From NCBI RefSeq assembly GCF_009914755.1, contig NC_060925.1: DNA of 64,000 bases, one strand, 5' to 3'. Both the position numbers and the translations under genes were made by a program. The notes under the pieces are model-generated. The model ran no database searches. It saw only the letters and a program-made list of their open reading frames with translations, and had not been told where the DNA came from. Of the stretch, positions 1-13,213 are shown in pieces (within the stretch, counting starts at the first letter, position 1; each line of letters starts with the position of its first letter). Origin of the DNA: the human T2T-CHM13v2.0 reference genome, Homo sapiens.

Positions 1-105
1 TATGCTTACTACCTGGGCGATGAAATAATCTGTACACCAAAAGCCCAAGACATGTAGTTACCTATATAACCTGCATATGTCCCTCTGAACCTGAAATAAA
101 AGTTA
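1..105 (+). mobile_element. L1PA (L1PA15/16-like) 3' UTR end
   Basis: 'tacctgggcgatgaaataatctgtacaccaaa...acctgcatatgtccctctgaacctgaaataaaagtta' matches the terminal L1PA 3' UTR with its AATAAA. Confidence 0.75.
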
Positions 106-1989
106 AGGAAAGTGAAAAATTGTTAGTTCCTTCTGTGACGTGCCCCCAACATGCCTAGAAAAATACAAGTAGGGGTTCCTTAATGGGGTTATACAATTGG
201 TGCTTTTTTTTTTTTCCCCCTGTCTCCAAGGCTCTGTGGTATGCTTTGAAGCTAGTTTTAAGTAGCCTTCCCTCATATTAAATTGGAGGTTCAGGATTAG
301 GATTTCTCCCACCAAATTGTATTCTTATTCAGAATAATAGTAAAATAGCCTCATACTACTACCTTATGGTATGTTTCAGCTGATTCAGTTGATAGAAAAC
401 CATGTAATTTTTCAGCTTGATTTAACATTGTATCTAGGGCAAGCTCCAGGAGAAATTAGGTAGTGAATGCCCTGTTTTGTAGCTGGTTTATGGAAAATTT
501 GAATAATTTACAAAAACGTACTTTTCTGAGATATCAAGCAGTTCGTTGAATTATGTTGGCATTCCTAAACACTAACGCACATAATGAGAGAATATACTCC
601 ATTATACATGACATCTGGACTGGGAACAAAAACAGAATGTCAGCAGATATAGTAAAGGTTATAATAATGGTTACAGCCAATCTGGCTGACAATACTGTGT
701 GTTCTTTTGACTGCTCGTGGGTGAACAAGACAATCTTTTAAAAGCAAATAAACACATTAACACAAGATAGGCAATGTTTTGAGACAGTGCCAAGTTGCAA
801 ATATCGTGTATGGACTCCTCTCAGGGGTTTTGAATTTGGGGAAGTACGTTTTGGGACATGTCATTAAATTTGCTGAAATGTGGCGCTTTCTTTCCTCTTC
901 CCTATAGAGAGAAGCTGGAAGTGTTTAAGGGTTAGTAGCTCATGCCAAGATGTGGATGTTGATGTCCTAGTTGTTTCCTGACTCCCCCTCTGCGAGCATA
1001 TGTTCGGCTTGGCTCCTCCGCATTGTCTGGAGGAGGCTTTCAGAGTGGTTCTGGGCAGAGCTAGACACTTGCTGAAGAGCATCTGATCCCACTTCATTTC
1101 CCTATAGCCTGGCTTACTGTGCCAATCACCAGTGGGAAGTTGGCAACTTGAATTCTGGGCTTTCTCCATGAAGTGAGGCACCACAGCATTTGCATGTATG
1201 ACATTGTGTTTGTGGGTTATTAAAGAAGACATTTTGACTTGTTTTTGCTAATACTTGGGCAATGGAAAGATGCTCTACATATTCCATAGTCAAAAGGATC
1301 ATCAGGACGACTGTGACATAGAATACACATGAAAATACATGAAGTAAAGCCCATGAAAACAATCAACTCTAAGGTGCACTCTAAAGAACTAGTTGTTGTG
1401 ATAAATATTAGTGTTTCTCAATGGGTAAAAGTATTTACTATAGAGCAGTGTTTGAAAACTCAAGTGTTTCAAGTCCAGGGAGGCAGCTTGAACATTTGGG
1501 TCAGGATGTAACTGTTAGGAGTGGCGGGTCTTAGAGAAAACTGGTGATTGCACACCCAGCCATATTCAATTAGAGAACAACACAATAAAAGCCATAAAAA
1601 AGACCTTTGCAGGATAAGAGCCTGCTAATTGCCAGCTAGTGACATAATAGCAGAGAGTAAATAGAATTTTCCAGATGAAACAAAGCTTTGAGATTATTAA
1701 TCTTTCATTTCACCAATAAATGAGGTGACATCTCTCGATTAAAGTCCCATAGGTACTTAGGGATAGGACTAGAATACAAATGCCTGGTGTTTTCTGTGTC
1801 AAGCTGTGTAAGGCGAAGACTGAGACCTAAACAGTACAATTATTTAACTCTGATAAAATAGTATGGTGCTACTGTATATATTTTTCTTTTTCTCAGAGGA
1901 TAATGATCAATCTTTGCAAAACCCACTTCTAAGCCCTGATCATAAAACTCTGTTTTTAAAGACAACATTGTCTTCCGATTCTTCTGTAT

Positions 1990-2952
1990 CTTATTTTTTA
2001 ATTTTAATTTTTTAAATGTTTGTGGGTACATAGTAGGTGTATATATTTGTGAGGTACATGAGATATTTTGATACAGGTATATACTGTATAATAGGGTAAA
2101 TGGGACATCCATCACCCCAAGCATTTATCCTTTCTTTGTGTTACAAAGTATCCAATTATACTCTTTTAGTTATTTAAAAATGTAAGTTATTGTTGACTGT
2201 ACTCACCCTGCTGTGCTATCAAATACCAAGTCTCACTCATTCTATCCATTAATAACTATATTTTTGTACCTATTAGCCATCCCCATTCTTCCTCTATCAC
2301 TACTATCCTTCCTAGCCTCTAGTAACCATCATTCTATTCTCTATGTTCATGAGTTGAATTATTTCAATTTTTAGCTTCCACAGATGAGTGAGAACATGGG
2401 AAATTTGTCTTTCTGTTCCTGGCTTATTTAACTTAACATAATGTCCTCCAGTTCCATCCATGCAGTTGCAAATTATAGGATCTCATTCTTTTCTTATGGC
2501 TGAATAGTACTCTAATGTATATATGTACCACATTTTCTTTCTTTCTCTTTTTCTTTCTTTTTTCCAGATAGAGTCTCTCTCTATCACCCTGGCTAAAGTG
2601 CAATGGCAGCAATCACGGTGCACTGTAGCCTCGACCTCCCAGGCTCAAGCTATCCTCCCATCTCAGCCCCTTGAGTAGCTGGGATTACAGGCGTGCACCA
2701 CCATGCCTAGCTATTTTTTTTTTACTTTGTAGAGATGAGGTCTCACTATGTTGCCAAGCTTCGTCTCCAACTTCTTGGCTCAAGCAATCCTCCCACCTTG
2801 ACCCCCTTAAAGTGCTGGGATTACAGGTGTGAACCACCACACCCAGCCACATTTTCTTTATCCATTCATCTGTTGATGGACACTTAGCTTGCTTCTAAAT
2901 CTTAGCTGTTGTGAATAGTTGAATAGTGCTGCAGTAAACATGGGAGTGGAGA
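1990..2952 (-). mobile_element. L1MA (L1MA2/3-like) 3' end, interrupted by AluJ
   Basis: 'tgtgggtacatagtaggtgtatatattt...catcaccccaagcatttatcc...gagtgagaacatg' is the reverse complement of an L1MA 3' UTR; it resumes after the Alu at 2849. Confidence 0.8.
2541..2848 (-). mobile_element. AluJ
   Basis: Full dimer with J-type features (cactgtagcctcgacctcc, ctcactatgttg); TSD acattttcttt at 2530-2540 and 2849-2859. Confidence 0.9.
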
Positions 2953-2980
2953 CACAAAACTGTTGGAACCAAATTCATGT

Positions 2981-3245
2981 TGTTTTTTTAGACAGGGTTT
3001 CACTCCTGTTGCCCAGTCTGGAGCGCAGTGGCGTGCTCTTGGCTCACTATAACCTCTACCTCAGCCTCCGAAGTAACTGGGACTACAGGCTTGTGCCACC
3101 ATGCCTGGCTAATTTCTGTATTTTTAGTAGCGACAGGGTTCCACCATGTTGGCCAGGCTAGTCTGGAACTCCTGATCTCAAGTGAACCACCTGCCTCGGC
3201 CTCCCACAGTGCTGAGATTACAGGCATGAGCCACTGCATCCGGCC
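2981..3245 (-). mobile_element. AluS with internal deletion in the right arm
   Basis: Alu dimer lacking the 'cctgggttcaagcgattctcctg' segment; TSD caaattc(a/t)tgt at 2970-2980 and 3246-3256. Confidence 0.88.
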
Positions 3246-3519
3246 CAAATTCTTGTGTTAAATAATGTCACAGGAGAATATATTCCTGTTTCTTACATTA
3301 TAAGTGGAATTTGCCTGGAATTGGAAAAATTTGAACATGTAGGAGAGACAGGGCTATTTATAAATGAAAATTCAATGACAAACAGTAAAGAAATACATCA
3401 AATGAATCATTTGTGGTTGTACAACATAGACCTTCCACATTGCAGGAAAAATGTGACCAATTTTTAGGTAATATAATTTAAACAGAAATGTTACTTTTAA
3501 AAAATGAGAACTTTTATAC

Positions 3520-4100
3520 TTCGGCTTCAAGTGTCAATTGTAAAACCATTTTGGAAATAGTTTTGCGTTTTACTTAAAAAGTGAAATGAGTGAACACTCT
3601 AAGGCACAGCTCTATAGCTTGGTGAAACTCACATGTATGTCAGCAGACACATCAATGTTCAAAGCAACATCCTTAAAAGCAAAAAACAGGAACAAGCCAA
3701 ATGCACATCTACATTTGCAGTGGATAAATTGTATTGCATGCATATAATGGAATAACATATAATGTGAAAATGGACTACAGCTACATATATTAGTAAGAAA
3801 CAAAAGGTGCCTTAAAAATATATACACAGAATTTCCTTTAAAATTTAAAAAGCAGCTGAAACTGAGCAACATGTGGATAGGAAATTCATGTGAGTTTAAA
3901 CCATAAAGAACAATAAGGGAATAATTAAGGTAAAAGTAAGGATAGTGGCTAACTCTGAAGAGAGGGACAAAGGAGGTATAAGCAATCAGGTAGGGAAACC
4001 GGGGGCCTTAGGGATATTGATAATATTCTGTTTCTTTAAATGGTGGCATTCACTGATCTTATTCTTAAAATATATATTCATCTTTTATATAAATTTTATG
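3520..4100 (+). mobile_element. old L1 (L1ME-like) 3' fragment
   Basis: Degenerate 'aaccattttggaaatagtttt...aatgttcaaagcaacat...ccaaatgcacatct...tggataaattgt' motifs. Confidence 0.5.
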
Positions 4101-4222
4101 TCAAAAGTATAATAACTGAGCAGAATAATTGGTAAGAAGTATTGAGTAATTATTGTCTTGAGTTTTTTCCCTTCATTCTTGACTGATAGTTTGGCAATTG
4201 ATTATAGATAATGAATTATACA

Positions 4223-4578
4223 CAGTCATGCACCACATAATGTTTTGGACAACGACAGACTGCAGATACAACAGGGGGTAAGATTATAAGGGAGCTGAGA
4301 AACTCCTGTGGCATAGTGGCATGTGGCAGCTGTCTTAACATAGCACAGTGTGTTATCTTTTCTATCTTTAGATATATTTAGACACACAAATACTTATCGT
4401 GTTACAATTGCCTACAGTATTCAATACAGTAACGTGCTGTATATGTTTGTAGCCTAGGAGCAATAGGCTAAACCATATAGCCTAGGTGTGTAGTAGGCTA
4501 TACCATCTAGGTTTGTGGAAGTACACTCTATGTTGTTTGCACAATGACAAAATCACCTCAGCAACACGTGATTGACTG
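4223..4578. mobile_element. Tigger3/MER7-type DNA transposon
   Basis: Ends cagtcatgc...tgactg followed by TA; internal 'tagcctaggagcaataggcta...tagcctaggtgtgtagtaggctataccatctaggtttgtg'. Confidence 0.85.
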
Positions 4579-4897
4579 TATTTAATTGTATTAAAAATGT
4601 TTGTTGTAGAAAAAAATGGAAAAAATGAAGTTTGTCGTCTTAACTTTTTCTAAGTTCAATTGTTATCATTTTTACCTCCCAGTCGTTTTTAGCAGTTTTA
4701 AGTATATTCAAATTGTTGTGTGACTGATCTCCAGAATGTTTTCATCTTGCAGAAGTGAAACTTTTGATTCATTAAACAACTCCCCCTTTCCCCCTCCCCC
4801 AAGGCTCTGACAACCACCGTTCTACTTTCTGTTTCTGTGAATAGGTTCCATGAATCTGACTACTCTAGATACCTCATGTAAGAGGAATAATACAGTA

Positions 4898-5428
4898 CAG
4901 TAGACTCCCCTTACTTGTGGTTCCACTTTTTGCAGTTTGTTACCTGCTGTCAACTGTGGTTTGAAAATATTAAATAAAAATTTCCAGAAATAAACAATTT
5001 GTAAGTTTTAAATTGGGTGACATTCTTTGTAGTGTGATGAAATCTTGTCCCATTCAGCCCAGGATGTGAATCATTCCTTTGTCCAGCATAGCCCTTCCGC
5101 ATATGCTACCTGACTGGTAGGCACCTAGTAGCCATCTCAGTGATCAGATCACCTGTCCAGGTATTGCAGCGTTTGTTTTCAAGTAACCCTTATTTTACTT
5201 AATAATGGCCCCAAAGTACAAGAGCAGTGATGCTGGCATATTGTTATAATTGTACTATTTTATTATTAGTTATTAATCTCTTACTGTGCCTAATTTATAA
5301 ATTAAACTTTATTGTAGGTATGTATGTACAGGAAGAAACATCATATATATAGGCATCATTAATACCCTTGGTTTCAGGCATCCACAGGGATCTTGGAATG
5401 TATCCCCTGACGATAAGGGAAGACTCTT
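4898..5428. mobile_element. MER44 (MER44B-like, Tigger7 family)
   Basis: Terminal 'cagtagactccccttac...' and '...tcttggaatgtatcccctgacgataagggaagact'; internal 'ttccagaaataaacaatt'. Confidence 0.8.
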
Positions 5429-5548
5429 ACACTTGTCTTTTGTGACTGGATTATTTCACTTAGCATAGTGTGTCCAAGATTTATCTGTATTGTAGGATGT
5501 GGTCAGAATTTCTTTCCTTCTTAAGTCTAAATAATATTCCATTGTATG

Positions 5549-5907
5549 TGTATTAGTCTGTTTTCACACTGCTGATAAGCACATACCTGAGATCGGCTAA
5601 TTTACAAGAGAATGAGTTTTAATGGACTTACAGTTCCTCGTGGCTCGGGGGGCCTCACAATCATGGTGGAAGGCAAGGAGGAGCAAGTTACATTTTACGT
5701 GGATGGCAGCAGGCAGAGAGAGAGCGAGCTTGTGTGGGGAAACTCCCCCTTATAAAACCATCAGATCTCATAAGACTTATTCATTATTATGAGAACAGCA
5801 TAGGAAAGATCTGTTCCCATGATTCAGTTACCTCCCACTGGGTCCCTCCCACAACACGTGGGGAATTCAAGAAGAGATTTCAGTGGGGACACAGTCAAAC
5901 CATATCA
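5549..5907 (-). mobile_element. THE1B solo LTR (ERVL-MaLR)
   Basis: tgtattagtc...aaaccatatca termini; perfect 5-bp TSD GTATG (5544-5548, 5908-5912). Confidence 0.92.
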
Positions 5908-7083
5908 GTATGTATATACCACATTATGTTTATCCATTATCTGCTGGTCAACACCTACGTTATTTCCACCACTTGGCTATTGTGAATAGTGCTGCTACAA
6001 ACATAGGTGGGCAAGTAAGTCTTTGAGATCTTGCTTTCTTTTGAATAGAGACCCAGATGTAGAATTCCTGGATCATACGGCAATTCTATTTTATTTTATT
6101 TTTTTTGAGGGTTATCTTTTATAGTGGCGGTACAATTTTACATTCCCACCAACACTATTTTTCCCATCCTTGGTAATTTTTTCCTGTCCTTACCAACATT
6201 TAACTTCCATTTTTTTTTTTTTTTCTGATAGTAGAATTCCTAATGGGTGTGAGGTGATATCCATTGGGGTTTTGATTTGCGTTTTCCTAATGATTAGTAA
6301 TGTTGGGTCCCTTTGCATATACGTGGTCATTTATATATCATCTTTGGAGAAATGTTTATTCAAAGGATTTGTCTGTTTTAAAAGCTTGGGCTGTTTTCTT
6401 GTTAAAGGCATTTTTTTTTATATTCTGGATATTAACCTCTTATCAGATACATGATTTGCAAATATTTTCTCCCATTCTGTAGGCTGCATTTTCACTCTGT
6501 GGATTGTGCCCTTTGCACAGAAGCTTTTACTTTTGTTGCCTATGCTTTTGTTGTTATATCCAAGAAATCCTTGCCAAATCCAATGTCATGAAGATTTTCC
6601 CCTATTTTTCCTTGTATGCTTTACAGTTCAGATCTTTTAGGTCTTTGATCTACTTTGAGTTAAATTTTGAATGTGATGTAAGGTAAGGGTCCAACTACAT
6701 TCTTTTGCCTGTGGATATTCAGTTTTCTCAACACCATTTGTTGAAGAAACTGTCCTTTCTCCATTGAATGGTCCTGGCATCCTTGTTGAAAATCTTTCGG
6801 AGATTAAGAATTATGTATATATGTTTAGCACCTTGAAGACTTCGTTCAGCTGTTTCCAGCTTTCAGTTTTTGAAGAGTCAGCTTTCAGTTTCATTGTTCT
6901 ACTTTTCTAGTTGCTTTAAAGATCTTTTAAAATTGTTTTTGGTTTACTATGAGTCTAGGTGTGGATTTCTTTCTATTAACCTGGCTTAAGATGTTCTGGG
7001 ATACCTAAGTCTTTGGATGGGTGTCTTTTGTCAGCTCCCCATCAATATTTCGTCTGTTAGAGCTTCTGTTCCATTCTTTGTAG

Positions 7084-7449
<366 letters not shown>

Positions 7450-7546
7450 TAATATTATACTCTTCCTTTCTACTTAACTGTTTTGCATATCTGCTGGTTC
7501 ATAGTTTTGGTACTTGCTTATTCTGCCATTATATTCTTTTACTAAC

Positions 7547-7883
7547 TGCTGTAGACTGAGTGTCTGTCCCCCCAAATTCATGTGTTGAAACCCTAATCAA
7601 GAATGTGATGGTATTTGAAGGTGGGGCCTGTGGGAGGTGATTAGGATTAGATGAGGTCATGAGGGTAGAGCTCTCACAGGGCTCTTAGGAAAAGAGGAGG
7701 AGACAGAAGATCTCTCTGCATGCATACACCAAGGAAGGCCATGAGATTTTGTAACCAGGAAGACAGCTTTCACCAAAACCTTGACCATGTTGGTACCCTA
7801 TTCTTGAACTCTAGAACTGTGAAAAATATTTGTTTAAGCCTCTAAGTCTATGGTAATTTATTATAGTAGCCTGAAATAAGATA
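7547..7883 (+). mobile_element. MLT1A0-like solo LTR
   Basis: 'tgctgtagactgagtgtctgtcccccc aaattcatgtgttgaaaccctaat...gattaggattagatgaggtcatgagggt...gtctatggtaatttattatagtagcctga'. Confidence 0.8.
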
Positions 7884-8834
7884 TGATATCTGTTCTTTTT
7901 TAACATTAATTATTCATATTTTACATTGATAATTTAAACACCTGCAGTTTTTGTGGAACTGATTTGTTTAAGTCTCAGTCACACAGGCTTGTTTCCAGTT
8001 GTGATTTGTGTTTCAATTGTGAGCTTATGCTTGTTGAGACTTTTATCTGTGGGAATTCTTTGGGGTCTGAGGTTGAGGTCATTTCTACAGAGAGCATTTG
8101 TTTGCCTCTGTCTAGCATCTGAGAGCACTACAATTTGGACTACCTTAAATTATTTTCTACTCGAGGTTTTTCAGGCTGTAAAAATAATGTAAAGTCTGAT
8201 CTCGCATCTGTTATGAAGTTTGCTTTATTGTTAGCAATTCTCAGGCAAGACATTTTTTTCTCTCCACCCATGGCCTAGGCCTAGTCAGGCAGTTTTCCTC
8301 ACTGTCTTCCTTCATAGGTGCTTTTATTTATGTAGTTCACTCTTTGTCTGACTTGTCATCTCTTTTGAGTGCCAACTTTTTGGAGGATTGTAATTTGACA
8401 TCTCATCTTCTGGGATCCTTAAGCTTTGTTTTCTCAATCTCATGTTTATCAGTAAAAACCAAGTGATCTGCAAATGCTTTTTGGAAATCCACTGGTGATT
8501 TCAATACTTGGTCTCTCTCTGGATTCGCTCTTTTCTTGTCACTTTTTGCCTTTCAGAGTTTCCCCACTTTCTTGCTAGGTTAGATGAATTTTAAAAGATA
8601 TTTTTAAATCCTGCATCTTAAAAGATATGATTAGGTTAGAGAATATCTTGCTATAATGCTGGGCATAGAATTCCTATGTGACTTTTATATTCGATATTTC
8701 TGTGTATTAAAACTATAATCACTTATAATTTAATGTGCTATCGTATTTATTGAAATTGAATAAACTGTATCCTCTGTTCACTTTTTGGATTACTGGGTAA
8801 TTCCAAAATTCAGTTTTATGAAATGTTTTTATGC

Positions 8835-9450
8835 TCATATTAGCTGCTTAATAGATGGATGAACTCTGAAATCTCAGTGTCTTAATGTAGGTGAAATTTA
8901 TTTCTTACAAAAATTCTCTTGGTGGTGGTGGAGAGAGGGTGGCAATTTTCTTTCATGGAGTATTCACAGACATGGGCTGATAAAATCACTTCTTCCATAC
9001 ATGACTTCCAGATGGCAGATGGGGAAGAATTATACTAGAAGTTTTTTTGAACCAGGTGTAGAAGTGCTGTACCTAGCTCCTGCCTAGAACACATTGCCTC
9101 CTATTCACTTACAGGACCAATATTGGAGAGTTGGGAAATGTAGTCCTTGGTGTGGAAGTCACTTCACAGCGATGGCTCTGGACCTTGGAAGGGGAGCCTG
9201 AATCTTTGGTAGACAGCTAGTCTGTCCCTACTACAGTCCTATTCTTTGGCCACCAAGTATCTATCATGTGCCCTTCTTTGTATACACAGAACACATTTAC
9301 CCCTTTCCCCAAAGAGAAAACCTGAAATCCATCCCAATTACACATCCAGTGTTAAGTTTAGAATCCCTCTGTGATGTGCAGTTTTTTCCTTCAGGTCCAT
9401 ATGTGGCTTCTTGTGGCCTGGCAACTCACGTAGTAAAAGATAAGTTAGGT
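8835..9450 (-). mobile_element. old MLT1 LTR plus internal-sequence fragment
   Basis: Degenerate 'aaatctcagtgtcttaa...tttatttctt' LTR motif followed by MLT-int-like 'caggtccatatgtggcttcttgtggcctg'. Confidence 0.4.
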
Positions 9451-12436
9451 GTCTCTAGGATGTTTCTTTAGATGTAAGAAGTCTTACATGAACCTCATGA
9501 ATTAGTCTGCCAATTTTATCACGTATTATCTGGCCCCATCCATATCTAATATTTCTCTGTAACCTCTTCTTTCTTTACAAAACAACAACAAAAAACCAAC
9601 AAAAACAAAAAAACCCTGTGTTTTACCCCAGTCACTTTTGCTCTCAACTGTTTTGGTGCCAGGAATACTCAGCAGTTTTTTTGAAGTGAGATAAACACTG
9701 ATGTCTTCTGTGTCATGGGGTCCCTCCACAGGGTTGCTTGCATTCCTGAAGTGTTTGCACTTGGTAGGATAACTCTTCCTGTTTCAAATCTTTCTTATGT
9801 ACCTGAGTGCACACCAGCTGTGAGTAGAGTTGGGTAAGGACAGGCTCCAGTTCCAGCTGCCACTGTGTGCCTCTGGCCACGTTGCTAACTCTGGTTTGTG
9901 ATGTCAGAGTCATTCATTTCCCCAGATCCCTTCTCCTTTTTTGGCTCATCTCTTGCAGAACTCTCAATCTTGCTCCAACACATCTTGCCTTTTCATGGCA
10001 CCTCACTTTCTACTCTATGTAAAGCAGCATATATAAAAACAGAACAAAACACTCAATTTCTTATGGGAAGAGATGTTACCTAGTTTTATGTGCTGATATC
10101 TGTGTCTCAGCTCTTACCCAGGCAGGAGAAACTAGAGCTTTTTTCAGTGCTTTACTATATTTTATGATAGTCATATAAAATATTTTTTCAGAATAATTTT
10201 CTTTAAACCAAAATGTCCCAAATGAATGTATAGCACTGAGAACAAAATAAATGAGGAGAATGGTATTAGAAAAAAATACCTTATATCAATTCATAGTTTT
10301 CCCTTTACGTAGGTGTATTGTCTTTCTATAATAAAACTAGCATGAGGCATACGGGCATGTGGAGCAGATGAATCAGCCCCTCTGTCCACTTGCCTGGAAG
10401 TGTGGCCTTGAAGAAACAGCAGAACTGCTTTGGATAAGATGAAAATTGGGCCCCACGTGGAACTCATTAACTTAGGAAAATAGAAACCAGATTATCTGGG
10501 GATTCAAAAACTGTATTGTGTTGCGTTCTTCACCTTGTGTTTAAGATTCTCTTGGATTGGTTTGTAAACTTTGGCTCCACTGGGCTTCTGTAAGGTCAGA
10601 GGCATGCTGAGAATTTTGATACCAGGAATGCCACCAGGAGCTTTTGTGTTCCAGGATGATATCTGAAGGAAAATAACTTGTCTCGGTGGTTAATTGCTTT
10701 TATTTTGGGATCCACCTTTCTCCTGCCATCTTTTTTCCTTTCTTCTACCCAGAATACTATAAAGACGGCAGATAGGCAAGATGCATAACTTTAAGTTTGC
10801 CGAAGGGGGAAAAAAAAAGGCTAATCTTTCCTCAGCCTAAGGGAATTGCTAAGCAATCAGAAGTTTGCTAATGAGCACAAATAGACCATCTATTCTTGAA
10901 GATGCAATGAAGAAAAACATCTAAAATAAACTCTGGAGGAGGAGGAGAGAAGAAATAAGAGATTCACACTTCCGCATTCTTTTCAGATCAAAAATGTTGA
11001 GAGAAAAGTGAGAGTACTTGAAAAGTTAAGAAGTTAAAGCATGAATGAATTAATTGTTTTAATGAAGGGTGGCTGTTTATTCAATAAAAATATGGCAAAA
11101 TATAGAAGAGGTCCAAGAAGACAAGAAAGAAAGTATATAAACTTTCCAATAATTTGAAACTTGAAACTGTTTAAAGTGCCATTTTGAAAGTTTTAAAGGG
11201 AAAATCTCTTGTTACTATCGAAGAACTTCTAAAATATTATCAAGCCCCAAAAAGAAAAAAAAAGTATCTATTTGGTGATAATCAGTGTGAAACTTGATTT
11301 ATACTCTTCCAAACTTATTTAACAATTCAATTGATACATTTAAAGTGAAATCTTAAAATGGACTATCAATATTTGGGTGGCAGATATAATATTGTACTGA
11401 TGGCAGCCATTTATCTAAATCTTGTCTTAAAAATGATAGCTATTTCCCAGCTTTCCAAATCCACAGTTATTTAGGGCAAAGAATTCCTGCTGGCTGGCCA
11501 GTTGCCGGGTTGAAGAACTAGGATGATGCTATGTAAAATAAAGGGAAAACTGAAGGAAACAGGGAGGCTGGATCCATTTATATCAGTGATATGAGAAAGG
11601 GGCACCAGAATTCTGTAGGACCAGAGTAGGAGAAAGAGGTCTGAAGAAATGGAATAGTCTTAGAATAAGAGAAAAGCAGACAGGAAAGAATCTCAGAAGT
11701 GTTGCCATGAGTTTAAAATTAGGTCCTCTTTCAGGTACTTTGAGTTGTATAATAAATGTTGTCATATATTTTCTACATACTCTTGGTTATTCTTTAAATG
11801 CAGCAGAATAAACATGGCCATGTGGAAGCCTCTCCTATGTTTATGTATATTTATGTAACAGTTCCCATGATGGACACTAGTAATGAAGATCGTTGATAGC
11901 AGTATCATAAGTTTTGTAAAAATTTGTCATGAATTACTTAAATACTGAGTGTCCAGTAATAATTTGAAAATGATTGTTTTTTTCCTCACTGTCCTCCTGG
12001 CCATGAACATCGTTAAATGCAAATGCAGTGAAATGAATAGGCTTTTGTAATTGTATGTTGAACAATGAGTAAAGGGTAGGAAAGAATTGTGTTTGTATTT
12101 TTTTCTGTGTTTTATGTACATGTCTACAACAAATTATATAGCCCAATTTGGGTGTTTAAGAGGCGTGGAAGGAGTAAAAGTTGAGAACATGACTATTATT
12201 CTGTTAAGGTATTTTTCAGTTTTCTTAAGGCCTTTGGATTCTGTATTTCTTAGGCACTAAAAATTATGCTACTTGAGCAAGTCTTTGGGAAGGTCTGGGC
12301 TTCAGTCCAGGCACCTGCAGGGCTGGCTCATGCAAAACAGAGAAATACGGGCAATTTATCTCTGGCAGTTTCCTTTTCAGCATCCCTAGTTTCTTGCTGT
12401 GCCTCAACCATCAAGGATTATTCTGCCATTTGTAAG

Positions 12437-12500
12437 TTGTCCTTAGTTCCTATCAGGGGTAAGTGAATTTGTCTTTAGTTCCTATCAGGGGTAAGTGAAT
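12437..12500 (+). repeat. 32-bp tandem duplication
   Basis: ttgtc(c/t)ttagttcctatcaggggtaagtgaat x2, one mismatch. Confidence 0.95.
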
Positions 12501-12579
12501 ATGACCCTGTAGGAATAATTTTTTAAATAGGAGACCCTTAAAAGACTAAAAAGTTTTTACTAAGAAACTTCATTTACTC

Positions 12580-12636
12580 TTTCATTCATTCATCCATCCA
12601 TCCATCCATCCATCAATCCATCCGTCCGTCCATCCA
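12580..12636 (+). repeat. (CATT/CATC)n tetranucleotide repeat
   Basis: ttcattcattcatccatccatcc... Confidence 0.85.
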
Positions 12637-12872
12637 ATACCTGTATAATGACCAAGTGGTAATGAGTTAATGCTTCTTGAACAGTTAGCACATCCCAGGA
12701 ACTGTTGTAAGCATTGCATCTGTATTATAAACTAATTTTACTTTCACAACGACTGTATAAGGCAGGAGCTATTGTCATCATTTTCTAGGTGAATTAACAG
12801 GAATAAATGTTACATGACTTCCCCAAAGTTCTGCAGATAGTTAGTCAGGTGATCAACAATGAACCAGACAGG

Positions 12873-13023
12873 CTGAATGGGCCCAGGGAGCAGTATCATT
12901 TTTAATTCTTCAGGTGGACTAAATTATGTAGCCAGGACTGAGAAACGCTGCTATCAACTAATTGCATCCTACCAATTTCTTTCTTAGGAAGAATATGAAG
13001 TCAAGGAAGACCATCCACAGAAA
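12873..13023 (-). repeat. inverted copy of 13796-13942
   Basis: Manual alignment: about 5 substitutions and 2 small indels over ~150 nt. Confidence 0.95.
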
Positions 13024-13213
13024 AGATGCTTGCCAAACTCCCAGGTTCCTGGCAGAATGAATAATGTGAATAAAATGCATGTTTAGTCCAACAGTCCTTC
13101 TTAAGTGGTATATAAATAAATAGTATACAATAATAGATTTTGTATGGTGCAATTGTTTTTATTCAGAAATGTAGATACATAGAAATACAGTATCTTAAAA
13201 ACATAGGAAGTTC
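13021..13213 (+). repeat. direct copy of 14826-15018
   Basis: Manual alignment: 193 nt, about 10 substitutions, no indels. Confidence 0.95.

Larger units (their letters stand above)
4680..6800 (-). mobile_element. L1MB3-like 3' region hosting nested MER44 and THE1B
   Basis: 'ctccagaatgttttcatcttgcagaagtgaaac...acctcatgtaagaggaataatacagta', resuming at ~5430 and ~5913 and continuing into ORF2-end sequence. Confidence 0.75.

Noticed and set aside
864-1232. 122-aa minus ORF
   Set aside because: No recognisable domain or supporting splice/promoter context; compatible with chance.
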